From Planctomycetota bacterium (lineage in GTDB: Bacteria; Planctomycetota; UBA1135; UBA2386), in contig OZ245006.1 in assembly GCA_965223545.1 (NCBI GenBank), forward strand, positions 1,632,001-1,696,000: a stretch of 64,000 nt of DNA. Direction: 5' to 3'. Made by a program: the position numbers and the translations under genes. Shown here one piece after another: positions 1 through 9,102 of the stretch (positions within the stretch are counted from its first letter, which is position 1; each line of letters opens with the position of its first letter). Below the pieces are notes generated by a model, which saw only the letters and a program-made list of their open reading frames with translations, had not been told where the DNA came from and ran no database searches.

Positions 1-484
1 CGGTGGGTTCGCCGTCTGCGCGGCCCTCGGCGGAGCCCGCGAAGTGTTGGCCGCGGATCTCGACGAACGAGTCATCGCCGCCGCCACGGAAAACGCGGCG
101 CGCAACCGCACGTCCGTGACGATCGAGCACGACGATGCTTTCGAGGTCCTGCGCCGCGTGCCCCGCGGGCACCACGACCTGATCATCGTCGACCCGCCCA
201 AGTGGGCCACCGGCAAGTCCCAGATCGAAGCCGCCCGCAAGCGTTACGCCGACATCAACCGCCTCGCGTTCGAGAAGGCTCCCACCGGGGGTCTACTGCT
301 GACCTGCTCGTGCTCGGGCGCGCTCAGCGAACACGGGTTCCTCGACATCCTGCGCCGGGCCGCCGAACAGGCAAACCGCGACGCCCGCGTGCTCCACGTT
401 GGCGGAGCCGGCCCGGACCACCCCCACGCCCTCGAGTGCCCCGAGGGCCGCTACCTGAAGACGGTCCTGCTACAGGTTCGCTGA
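1..484 (+). CDS. Class I SAM-dependent rRNA methyltransferase, RlmI-like (5' part outside window)
   Basis: DLIIVDPP motif, LLLTCSCS, C-terminal DHP...EGRYLK typical of RlmI family. Confidence 0.8.
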   Translation, partial: GGFAVCAALGGAREVLAADLDERVIAAATENAARNRTSVTIEHDDAFEVLRRVPRGHHDLIIVDPPKWATGKSQIEAARKRYADINRLAFEKAPTGGLLLTCSCSGALSEHGFLDILRRAAEQANRDARVLHVGGAGPDHPHALECPEGRYLKTVLLQVR

Positions 485-506
485 GAGCGGCGGCGAACAC
501 CCCCAC

Positions 507-1205
507 TCAAGCCGGCCGCTCGCGGAAGTCCAACCGCCCCCGCGACCGCCGCCACCCGCCCTTCAGCAACCAGGTCCGCGCCCGCACCGTCGGCCGCGCC
601 ACCGGCTCCGACAGCTCCACCCCCTCGCGCCACCCGTCGAACCAGGGCCCGGACGAGTAGACGTCGATCGCCTGCCGCGGCCGCTGCCGATGGTGCCAAG
701 CATTCTGCAGCACATACACCAACGCCCGCCGCACCTCCGTCGGCGAGCGCAGCACCCGCTCGTGGAACCGCTCGGCAAACACCCGCCCCGAGCGCCCCCA
801 CAGCTTGTTCAACCCCCGCGCCATCCGCACCAACAACCCGGTCATCCCCCGCGTCAACGCCTCCCGATCCTTCGCCTCCACCAGAAGGTGCAAGTGATCG
901 CGCTGCACCGAGAACTCCACCAACCGAAACCCGAACCGCCCACACCCCGCCCGGATCCGCTCCACCAACATCCAGTACGTCCGCGCATTCCGTAAGCCCG
1001 GCAACCCCCGACACAACCGCACCGTCACGTGCAACGGATACCGCGCCACCAACGCCCCCCGCGCCAAGTGCGGCACCGTCTCATCACTCACCTTGGGCCG
1101 ACCAGCCCCCTCCCGAGCCCCACCCCACTGCCGAAACGGCAACTCACCCTGCACCACCCCACGGCGCCGTCCACCGCGACGCGGCCGAATCGTCTCGCTC
1201 GTCAT
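507..1205 (-). mobile_element. REP-associated tyrosine transposase (RAYT / Y1 HUH family)
   Basis: PLHVTVR, HUH motif QRDHLHLLVEA, RSGRVFAERFH, catalytic-helix YVLQN; start MTSETIR at 1205. Confidence 0.85.
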
Positions 1206-1274
1206 TTGAATTAGCGACCTTACTAAAAAAGGTGTGGGCATGCAAGAACACACAAGAAATCCACGGAGGGCGGT

Positions 1275-1499
1275 CGCCGAGGGTGACGGAGCGGAGGCGA
1301 GTGCGCACCGCTCCGCGACGAAACACGCACTCCTACGTGCAACTCTTGATTCCGCGATCTTCAGTCCAAGCGGTACGAACACGCATCACGACCGGGACCG
1401 CCGCCCGCAGCTCTCGATCCAGAGGCCGAGGGAGCACGCAGGCGCGCCCCCAGAGCTCCCACCACCTCCAGCTCCAGAGCTGAAGGCTCGCCTCACCAC
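1275..1499. repeat. Partial first unit of ~354-bp tandem hairpin repeat (interrupted by intron; 85-bp internal deletion)
   Basis: Aligns to units at 3533-4345; joins 3533 seamlessly when 1500-3532 is removed. Confidence 0.9.
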
Positions 1500-3532
1500 G
1501 CCGAGTAGCCGCGGGGGGTTGCCCCCCCGCAGCTCTCACAGAACCGGACTTGTGGGTCACACATCCGGCTCTTCAGGACGGTATCCCCCAAAGGGGCCGC
1601 CAGTCGTAGCGGCGCTCGTCCCAGAGCTTGGAAAGCGACACCAGCCGCTCAGCAAACCACTGATTGGGATAAGCGCGTTTGATCGCTCCCGAGTTGCTCT
1701 GCCACCACGTGCCACGCCGGCCAAACGCGGTGCGTGCAGCCGACTGCCAGCTGCACCCACGGGCGACAAGGTCTCGGAAGAGGTATCGCGGTCTCTTCTT
1801 CTGCCGAATGATGATCGCCCGCAGGCGTCGTCGAATATGGCCATCGAGATTCCGCAAGGTCCGCCACGCGGCCTTCGTGATCAGCTTGAAGTAGCCGATC
1901 CAACCACGGAGGTAACGGTTCAGTCGTTCGATGCACCAGGACAGCCGACCACCCCAGGACCGCGGCGTAAGCTCACGGATTCGGGCGTCGATGCGATCCA
2001 GAGTGCGACGGGACAACTGCACCGTCAGCCAGCCCTTTCGAGTTGCGCCTACGCGAAACCCGAGGAAGTGCCGGCGATGGGCCAGGTCGACGGAACTCTT
2101 CGCTTCGTTCACTTTCAGTCGCACGCGACGTTCGATGAACCTGCGAATCGAAGCCATGACCCGGTGTCCTGAGCGCTCGCTACCGACGTAGATATTGCAG
2201 TCGTCGGCGTAGCGCACAAAACGCAACCCGCGTCGTTCCAACTCCCAGTCCAGTTCGTCCAGGACGATGTTGGACAGCAGAGGTGATAGCGGGCCGCCCT
2301 GGGGCGTTCCTTCTTCCGTGATGACGCGGGTGCCATCTGGAAGAACCACGTTCGCTTTCAGCATCAGGCGGATGATCCGCAGCACCCGACGGTCCTTCAC
2401 CTTCTGAGCCAGCCGGTCCAGGAGGCGTTGGTGATGGACACGGTCGAAGAACTTCTCCAAATCGATGTCCACCGTGTACCGCCGACCCTGCTTCACGTAA
2501 CCCGCTGCTTCGGCGATCGCTGTGTGGGCTCCCCGCCTCGGCCGGAAGCCGTGGCTGCTGTCGTGGAACGTCGGGTCGTAGATCGGCTCCAGAATCTGGC
2601 GCACGGCCTGTTGGACCCAGCGGTCGATCACGGTTGGAATCCCGAGACCCCGCTGCCCACCACTGGGCTTCGGGATCCACACCCGACGAATATCGCCGGG
2701 CGCGTAGGTCTCCATGAGCAGAGCATCGCGGAGTTTCGGGAGCAGGTGTTTCGCATGACGCTTGACCTCTGACACCGTCTGTCCGTCGACGCCCGGGGCG
2801 CCCTTCTTGCTTACGACATGTGCCAGTGCGCTTCGCAGGTTGCCCTGCTCCGCGACCAGCTCCAGCAGATGGCAGTAGCCGTCCGCTGGCGGCGGAGCCG
2901 ATTCCGATCGATGGCTGCAATCCGTCGTAGGCACCGACGTGGACTTCGTGGCAGATTCGTCTGCCCTTCCGGCCACGCCGTCCCCTTGCGGGCTCTCGGC
3001 GAAAGCGAACTGCAGTTGCCGTGGTTTCGGCTTTCTCATCCTGTCACCCCCTTCGCTCCACCGGCATTACCCGGCTTCATCACTACTACGGGGTGATCCG
3101 ACTTCTCTGCATGCCTTGGTGGGTCGTCGTTGCCTCCTCCCCACCTACCGCTCGAAGCGGACACACAGAGATCTCCCTGGGTAAGAACGCAGAGTTTCGC
3201 GCCGCCGCCGGTTCCAGTACTCCGAGGTCGCGACTGGATATCGGGCGTCACGTTGGATGGCACGCTGACCCAGACCTCGAGAGCCTTACGGAACTTCGCT
3301 TTCGCTCGGTGCTGCGCTGCGTCTAGGGCTTCCATCCCACACGACCTCGCGGGAACAGCACGGCACGGTGTCCGTCCTGTTCTGGCATCCCGGATCAACA
3401 CCGCGCACCGCCCTCTCGGACGGCACACGGCTCCCCTTTCTGCCTCGTGCAGCTGCCTTCGACTCATGGTTTCCTCCAGTACGGATCCATAAAGAACTTT
3501 CATCTTCAACTCTGCGCCCATGCCAGGCGCAA
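1500..3532 (-). mobile_element. Group II intron, IIC-like, full length (~2033 nt)
   Basis: 5' end TTGCGCCTGGCATGGGCGC, CTTACCCAGGGAGATCT segment near 3170-3185, domain V GAGCCGGATG...AGTCCGGTTC (1541-1571), domain VI hairpin ending CTACTCGGC; boundaries set by restoring the repeat unit. Confidence 0.9.
1573..3039 (-). CDS. ltrA: Group II intron reverse transcriptase/maturase (no endonuclease domain)
   Basis: KGAPGVDG, IPKPSGGQRGLGIP, GTPQGGPLSPLL, RYADD, maturase X domain (LNRYLRGWIGYF). Confidence 0.95.
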   Translation of the reverse strand: MRKPKPRQLQFAFAESPQGDGVAGRADESATKSTSVPTTDCSHRSESAPPPADGYCHLLELVAEQGNLRSALAHVVSKKGAPGVDGQTVSEVKRHAKHLLPKLRDALLMETYAPGDIRRVWIPKPSGGQRGLGIPTVIDRWVQQAVRQILEPIYDPTFHDSSHGFRPRRGAHTAIAEAAGYVKQGRRYTVDIDLEKFFDRVHHQRLLDRLAQKVKDRRVLRIIRLMLKANVVLPDGTRVITEEGTPQGGPLSPLLSNIVLDELDWELERRGLRFVRYADDCNIYVGSERSGHRVMASIRRFIERRVRLKVNEAKSSVDLAHRRHFLGFRVGATRKGWLTVQLSRRTLDRIDARIRELTPRSWGGRLSWCIERLNRYLRGWIGYFKLITKAAWRTLRNLDGHIRRRLRAIIIRQKKRPRYLFRDLVARGCSWQSAARTAFGRRGTWWQSNSGAIKRAYPNQWFAERLVSLSKLWDERRYDWRPLWGIPS

Positions 3533-4345
3533 CATCACCGACGACAGCGGTCCAAGACGAGGCACGGGGTGCGACCGCCGCCGACGGTGACGGAGCTGAG
3601 GCGAGTGCGCAACACTCCGCGACGAAACGCGCACTCCTACGCGCGCTCTTGATTCCGTGACCTTCAGTCCAACCGGTACGACCACGCATCACGACGGGGA
3701 CCCGCCGCCCGCAGCTCCGTCACCATCGGCGTCGGTCGCACCCTGTGCCTCGTCTTGGACCGGCGCTGATGGTGATGGAGCTGCGGGCGGCCCCGCTAGC
3801 TCTCGATCCAGAGGCCGAGGGAGCGCGCAGCGCCCCCAGAGCTCCCACCACCTCCAGCTCCAGAGCTGAAGGCTCGCCGCAGCACCATCACCGACGACAG
3901 CGGTCCAAGACGAGGCACGGGGTGCGACCGCCGCCGACGGTGACGGAGCTGAGGCGAGTGCGCAACACTCCGCGACGAAACGCGCACTCCTACGCGCGCT
4001 CTTGATTCCGTGACCTTCAGTCCAACCGGTACGACCACGCATCACGACCGGGACCGCCGCCCGCAGCTCCGTCACCATCGGCGTCGGTCGCACCCTGTGC
4101 CTCGTCTTGGACCAGCGCTGATGGTGATGGAGCTGCGGGCGGCCCCGCTAGCTCTCGATCCAGAGGCCGAGGGAGCACGCAGGCGCGCCCCCAGAGCTCC
4201 TACCACCTCCAGCTCCAGAGCTGAAGGCTCGCCGCAGCACCCTCACCGACGACAGCGGTCCAAGACGAGGCACGGGGTGCGACCGCCGCCGACGGTGACG
4301 GAGCTGAGGCGAGTGCGCACCACTCCGCGACGACACGCGCACGCC
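3533..4345. repeat. Tandem array of ~354-bp units (starts 3533, 3886, 4241 partial) with 50-bp inverted arms; REPIN/BIME-like
   Basis: Near-identical units; arms 3549-3598 and 3712-3761 complementary at 47/50. Confidence 0.92.
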
Positions 4346-4384
4346 GGGCATCGGGTGGAGCGTGGCGGTTTCTCCCGGGCGGAC

Positions 4385-5617
4385 TCAATCGGTTGCGCGG
4401 GGCCGGACTGCGGCCAGGCCGGCGAGTCTCGCCGTGGCGAAGGCGGCTTGGAAGTTGAAGCCTCCGATGGGGCCGTCGAGGTCGAGGAGTTCGCCGCAGA
4501 TGAAGAGGCCGGGGTGGAGGCGTGATTGCATGGTCTTGGGGTCGACCTCGGTCAGGTCGACGCCGCCGCGGGTGACCTCGGCGTGGGCGAAGCCGAGGCT
4601 GCGTGGTACCGGGACCTGGGTCGCCTTCAGGCTGCGGACGAGCGCCTCGCGGGCGTCGCGGCGTAGCTCGGCGAGCGCTCCGTCGGCGCCTGCGCGCGCG
4701 CACAAGGCGGCGCGTAGGCGGTCTGGGAGGCCGCGGGGCAATGCTTGGCGCACGGCGCGGCGGCCTTGGCGCTGCGCACCCTTGACCAGGGCGTCGCGCA
4801 CCGCCGCCTCGTTCAGCTCCGGCGCGAAGTCGAGCCGCACCGTCCCACCGCCGCACTCTTCGATGCTGCCGCTGACGTCCATCGCGCCCGGGCCCGACAG
4901 CCCCTTGTGGGTGAACAACACCGGCCGTTGGCGGGTGCAGCGCACTTTGCCGTCTGCGTCGACCGCGGCGATGGCCGGGGTGACGACCAGCCCGGCCAGC
5001 GACCGGACCCACTCCTCCTCGACCCACAGCGGCGCCAGCGCCGGGACCGGGTCGACGATGCGGTGGCCGAACTCGCGGCAGAACCCGTAGCCGTCACCGG
5101 TGGCTCCGGTGCGCGGATAGCTCAGTCCGCCGGTGGCGAGCACGACGGCGCGCGCGCTGCAGGCGCCTTGCGTCGTGTCCAGCTCGAACCCGGGCCCCTC
5201 CGCCCGAAGGCCAGTCACCGCGCACTCGCGCACCAGCTCCGCACCGGCGGCGGCGGCGGCGCTGAGGAGGGCGTCGAGCACATCGCGCGCGCGGCCCGAG
5301 ACGGGGAAGATCTTCTCGAGGTCCTCTTCGCGCAGCGGGACGCCGCACTCCTCGACCAACGCGCACAAAGCCGCCGGTGGGAACGAGCGCAGCGCGTGGC
5401 GCAGAAAGCGCCCACGGCGCTGCCCGTACTGGGCTTCGAGGTCGCGACCGCTGCGGGTCGTGGTGAGATTGCACCGGCCGCCGCCGCTGATCAGGATCTT
5501 CAGGCCAGGGCGGCTGTTCTTCTCCAACAGGAGAACACGTGCGCCATCCTTGGCGGCGACGGTCGCCGCCGTGATGCCCGCGGCGCCGGCCCCCACGACC
5601 ACAACGTCGGCACGCAC
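4385..5617 (-). CDS. HI0933/BaiN-family flavoprotein oxidoreductase
   Basis: GAGAAG, KILISGGGRCNLT, TGGLSYPRTGATGDG, GELLDLDGPIGGFNFQ. Confidence 0.92.
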   Translation of the reverse strand: MRADVVVVGAGAAGITAATVAAKDGARVLLLEKNSRPGLKILISGGGRCNLTTTRSGRDLEAQYGQRRGRFLRHALRSFPPAALCALVEECGVPLREEDLEKIFPVSGRARDVLDALLSAAAAAGAELVRECAVTGLRAEGPGFELDTTQGACSARAVVLATGGLSYPRTGATGDGYGFCREFGHRIVDPVPALAPLWVEEEWVRSLAGLVVTPAIAAVDADGKVRCTRQRPVLFTHKGLSGPGAMDVSGSIEECGGGTVRLDFAPELNEAAVRDALVKGAQRQGRRAVRQALPRGLPDRLRAALCARAGADGALAELRRDAREALVRSLKATQVPVPRSLGFAHAEVTRGGVDLTEVDPKTMQSRLHPGLFICGELLDLDGPIGGFNFQAAFATARLAGLAAVRPRATD

Positions 5618-5639
5618 GGCCGCGGCGGGATCGCGCTGC

Positions 5640-5801
5640 CTACGAGTCGCTCGAGTCGCCCGCGCTGCTCGAGTCGCCGGACCGCTGCACCGGCTTCACC
5701 GAGCCGCGCTTCTTGCGCATCGTCGACCAGCCCTTGCCGAGCTTCTTGAGCTTGAGTCGGCCTCGGGTGCAGCCGCCGGCTTTGCGTCGTGACTTCGCCA
5801 T
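5640..5801 (-). CDS. Small Lys/Arg-rich protein (53 aa)
   Basis: GAGGAG SD before ATG, 20 nt downstream of rplC stop, fills intergenic gap. Confidence 0.6.
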   Translation of the reverse strand: MAKSRRKAGGCTRGRLKLKKLGKGWSTMRKKRGSVKPVQRSGDSSSAGDSSDS

Positions 5802-5821
5802 TTGTGTCTCTCCTCGATGCG

Positions 5822-6535
5822 TCAGACCTTGACCGACTTGCGCAGCACGACGTAGGCCGAGCGGTGGCCGGGGATCGCGCCCTTGATGAAGACGAGATTG
5901 CGCTCCTCGTCGACCTTGACCACTTCGAGGTTCTGCACGGTGCGCTGCTCGTCGCCGTAGTGACCCGCCATGTGCTTGCCCTTGGGCACGCCGTGGTGGG
6001 TCGAGTAGGTGCGGCCGATGCCACCAGCGCGCCGGTGGTTCTTGCTGTTGCCGTGGGTCGTCGCCTGCCGGCCGAACCCCCACCGCTTGATGGTGCCCGC
6101 CCAACCGCGACCCTTGGTCGTGCCGATCACGTCGACGCGCGCGACGTCCTTCAGCACATCGACCTTGATCTCGTCACCCGCCTTGCACTCGGGCATGCCC
6201 TCGTAGCGCAGCTCGCGAACGAATGCCTTGGCGCCACTGCCGGCCTTGGCGGCGTGGCCGCGCTCGGCCTTGCTGGCGGCCTTGTCGGTCTTGTCGTCGA
6301 AGCCGAGCTGCACCGCGTAGTAGCCGTCGGTCCGCCGCGGGCGGTCGTGCTTGCCGCGGCGCTTGCCCAGGTTGGTGGCCGCACCGCGCTGATCCTCCGG
6401 CAACTCGGCCAAGTCGTTGCACTTGACCTGCAGCACCTTGCACGGCCCGGCCTCCACCACCGTCACCGGCACGCAGGTGCCGTCCGGCTGGAAGATCTGC
6501 GTCATGCCGAGCTTCTTACCGAGGATTCCGATCAT
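5822..6535 (-). CDS. rplC: 50S ribosomal protein L3 (orphan, divergent)
   Basis: [52 protein letters not shown]. Confidence 0.93.
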   Translation of the reverse strand: MIGILGKKLGMTQIFQPDGTCVPVTVVEAGPCKVLQVKCNDLAELPEDQRGAATNLGKRRGKHDRPRRTDGYYAVQLGFDDKTDKAASKAERGHAAKAGSGAKAFVRELRYEGMPECKAGDEIKVDVLKDVARVDVIGTTKGRGWAGTIKRWGFGRQATTHGNSKNHRRAGGIGRTYSTHHGVPKGKHMAGHYGDEQRTVQNLEVVKVDEERNLVFIKGAIPGHRSAYVVLRKSVKV

Positions 6536-6637
6536 CTGTATACCGCCGGGGAATGGGGGGCGAGCACGTTAGGGACGGTCCAGGCGGGTTGCAAGCCCAA
6601 GTGCCCGCGGCAAGTGCCCATAGGCCAGAATCTCGTC

Positions 6638-8257
6638 TCAGGTCCAGACCCTGGCGGCGATCGCCGCCAACGCCAGAACCAGTAGCGGCACGGTCCACGA
6701 GCGGCCGGCGGCGCCGAACTCCGGCAGCGGCCGGTCCTGGGGCCGCTCGGCGGCCGCCGCCAGGTCGGACTCGGCGGCGTCGAGCAGGTTGTCCTCGGAG
6801 AACTCGACCGCGGCGCGTTCGCGATAACACCGCGCCAGGGCACGCCGCACGAACTGGGGAAACGAGGGCAACAGCCAGAAGTTGGACTCGGCCAACCGAA
6901 ACGAGGCATGCACGGCCGTCGCCTCGGCCCCCTCGTCGACCACCACGAGCGGTCCGTGCTCGGCGCGCACCACCGGCACCCCGCTACCCAGGAAGTCGGT
7001 GCGCAAGCAAGCCCGCACCTCCAGCTCGGACAGGTCGAGCCCGGCGGTGAGCGGATCTCGCCGGTCCCAATCGACCAGGCGCGGGTCGGCCACCACATCG
7101 TCGGGCCCGAGCTCGCCCTGCGCCGCCCGCGTGCCGAACGTCAGCGCGCGCAGCCCCGGCGCCGGGTCGAGGAGCACCCCGCCCTCCACCAACAAGAAGG
7201 CCGCTTCCTCCGCCTCGGCGAACGGCACCACCCGCCCGCCGGTCTCGCGCGCGAGCTCGTGCGCGGCGGCCTCGAGCGCGGGGCTGTCGCCGTCGACCAG
7301 CACCGCGATGTCCGGCGCGGGCGGCGCCGGTAGCTCCACCGCGACCTGGTCATCGAGTGGCAGCGCATCTTCGTGCGCGGCGAACGCCACGGTGAGACGC
7401 CCGCCGCCGGCGCGTTCCAGCTCCAGCTCGACCTCGACGGTGCCGCGCCCGGGGATCTCGGCGACCTGTTCGACCGCGACCACCGCACCGGTCGCGCTGA
7501 GGCGCACGGTCCGCCCCCGCGCACCGGAGTTGAACACCGCCACCCGCGCGACCACGTTGGGCAACGGCCACGCGTCGCGCACTGCGCACCGCACGATCGC
7601 GAGGTTGTCGGCGGGGGCGCCGACGATGGTCAGCGCGCCGCCGCGCGGTGCTGGCGTCGGTCCCAGACCGTCGGTCAGAGTCCACACCGCGATCTCCGCT
7701 CCGCCACTCTCGGCAAGGCGCGCCGCCATCCCCGCCAAGTCGACGCTGCCGGCACCCTCCGGCGGGCTCGCCAGCGCCACCTCCACCGCGCGGCGCGCGG
7801 CCGCGCGGTCGGCCGGCAGATCAACGAGGACACGAGGCTGCGCGCCGGCCAAGAGCAGACGCAGATCGACCCCTTCTGGCAACGCGGCCAGCTGGCCGAG
7901 CAGCCGTTGCCGGACGTCGTCGTACGCACTGGCCACCCCGCCGTCGGCCCGCGCCGTCATGCTCGCCGACGTGTCGACGATGGCCACCAGCGTCCGCGGC
8001 CCGGGGCGCGCTCCCCGCCGCGGCTCGCAAAACGCCAACGCCAGCGCGATGGCGGCCGCCACCGCCAGCAAGAACCGCAGCCACGGAAACCGCACGCGCC
8101 GGCGCCGCAGCCCGGCGCGGGCCCGCAGCCACTGCGCCATGTGCGCAGTGGCCACCTGCCGGCGCGGGCGGACCGGCCGCGACAACCACCACAACAAGGG
8201 CAGCACGGCGGCGAGCCACCAAAGGCGGTGTGGATGGGTCAGATCCCAGAGTTCCAT
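6638..8257 (-). CDS. BatA-like N-terminus + vWA domain membrane protein
   Basis: N-terminal TMs, MIDAS DTSAS, TDG, C-terminal TM. Confidence 0.8.
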   Translation of the reverse strand: MELWDLTHPHRLWWLAAVLPLLWWLSRPVRPRRQVATAHMAQWLRARAGLRRRRVRFPWLRFLLAVAAAIALALAFCEPRRGARPGPRTLVAIVDTSASMTARADGGVASAYDDVRQRLLGQLAALPEGVDLRLLLAGAQPRVLVDLPADRAAARRAVEVALASPPEGAGSVDLAGMAARLAESGGAEIAVWTLTDGLGPTPAPRGGALTIVGAPADNLAIVRCAVRDAWPLPNVVARVAVFNSGARGRTVRLSATGAVVAVEQVAEIPGRGTVEVELELERAGGGRLTVAFAAHEDALPLDDQVAVELPAPPAPDIAVLVDGDSPALEAAAHELARETGGRVVPFAEAEEAAFLLVEGGVLLDPAPGLRALTFGTRAAQGELGPDDVVADPRLVDWDRRDPLTAGLDLSELEVRACLRTDFLGSGVPVVRAEHGPLVVVDEGAEATAVHASFRLAESNFWLLPSFPQFVRRALARCYRERAAVEFSEDNLLDAAESDLAAAAERPQDRPLPEFGAAGRSWTVPLLVLALAAIAARVWT

Positions 8258-9102
8258 GGCAGCTGGAACCACGAGGCCATGCGGAAGTCACCCTCCGCCG
8301 GCACAGCGAAGCGGATCAGAGGGTATCCGGCGGCCGCGAACACCGCACTCTGATGGCGGCGCAGCGTGGCCAGCTCGCGCCGCATGGCTTCGCGCAGCGC
8401 GGCGTCCACCTCGATCGTCTCCACCACCGCGGTCTCGGGGTCGACGAAGCGCAGCCACCCGTCGTGCGGTGGATCGACGTCCTCGCGCAACTGCGGCAGC
8501 CATCCCCGGCAGCGCAGGCCGTGGCGGCGCAGCAGCGCCAGCGCGGGCGCCACCGCGTCGGGTTGCGCGAAGTCGGAGATCAGCAGCACCGTGCCCTGCC
8601 AGCCGCGCTCCAACGGCGTGCGCAGCAGCGCCAGCGGCTGCTGGTCGGCGGTCGCGACGCTCGACAAGACCTCCAGCCAGCGTGGCAGCGCGCTGGGGCC
8701 GTGCAGGGTCACCGGCTCGGCGCCGCCGGCGAAGCACACCCCATCGAGCCGCGACAGGGCGAGCCCACCCAGAATGGCGGCCAGCCGCTGCGCGGCCACC
8801 AGCCGCATCGGCTCGCCGGCGGTCATGCTGGCGGTGCAGTCGAGGCAGATGGTGATCGTCCGCCGTTCTTCCTCCTCGAGGAGCTTCATGAACAGCTCGC
8901 CGGTGCGCGCGTAGGCGTTCCAGTCGACGAAGCGCAGGTCGTCGCCGGGCGTGTAAGCGCGGTGCCCGGCAAAGGTGCCGCTCTGGCCGCGAAACCGCCG
9001 CCGGCCGCGCGCCTCGGGCTGCCGGGCGACGGTCAAGTCCGGCGCCCGGCGCAGAATTGCGGCCAGCAGGTCGCGGAATGCAGACGGAAACGGCTGGCTC
9101 AC
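8239..9102 (-). CDS. DUF58 (vWA-like) protein
   Basis: HRAYTPGDDLRFVDWNAYAR, LISDF. Confidence 0.9.
   Translation of the reverse strand: MSQPFPSAFRDLLAAILRRAPDLTVARQPEARGRRRFRGQSGTFAGHRAYTPGDDLRFVDWNAYARTGELFMKLLEEEERRTITICLDCTASMTAGEPMRLVAAQRLAAILGGLALSRLDGVCFAGGAEPVTLHGPSALPRWLEVLSSVATADQQPLALLRTPLERGWQGTVLLISDFAQPDAVAPALALLRRHGLRCRGWLPQLREDVDPPHDGWLRFVDPETAVVETIEVDAALREAMRRELATLRRHQSAVFAAAGYPLIRFAVPAEGDFRMASWFQLPWNSGI

Noticed and set aside
1275..4345. CRISPR array, retron or DGR interpretation of RT plus repeats
   Set aside because: No unique spacers or cas genes, no adenine-specific TR/VR pair, and the RT has a maturase domain plus intron domains V/VI.
3036..4525. Multiple similar ORFs over the array and intron 5' region
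   Set aside because: By-products of GC-rich repeats and intron RNA; frames differ between units.
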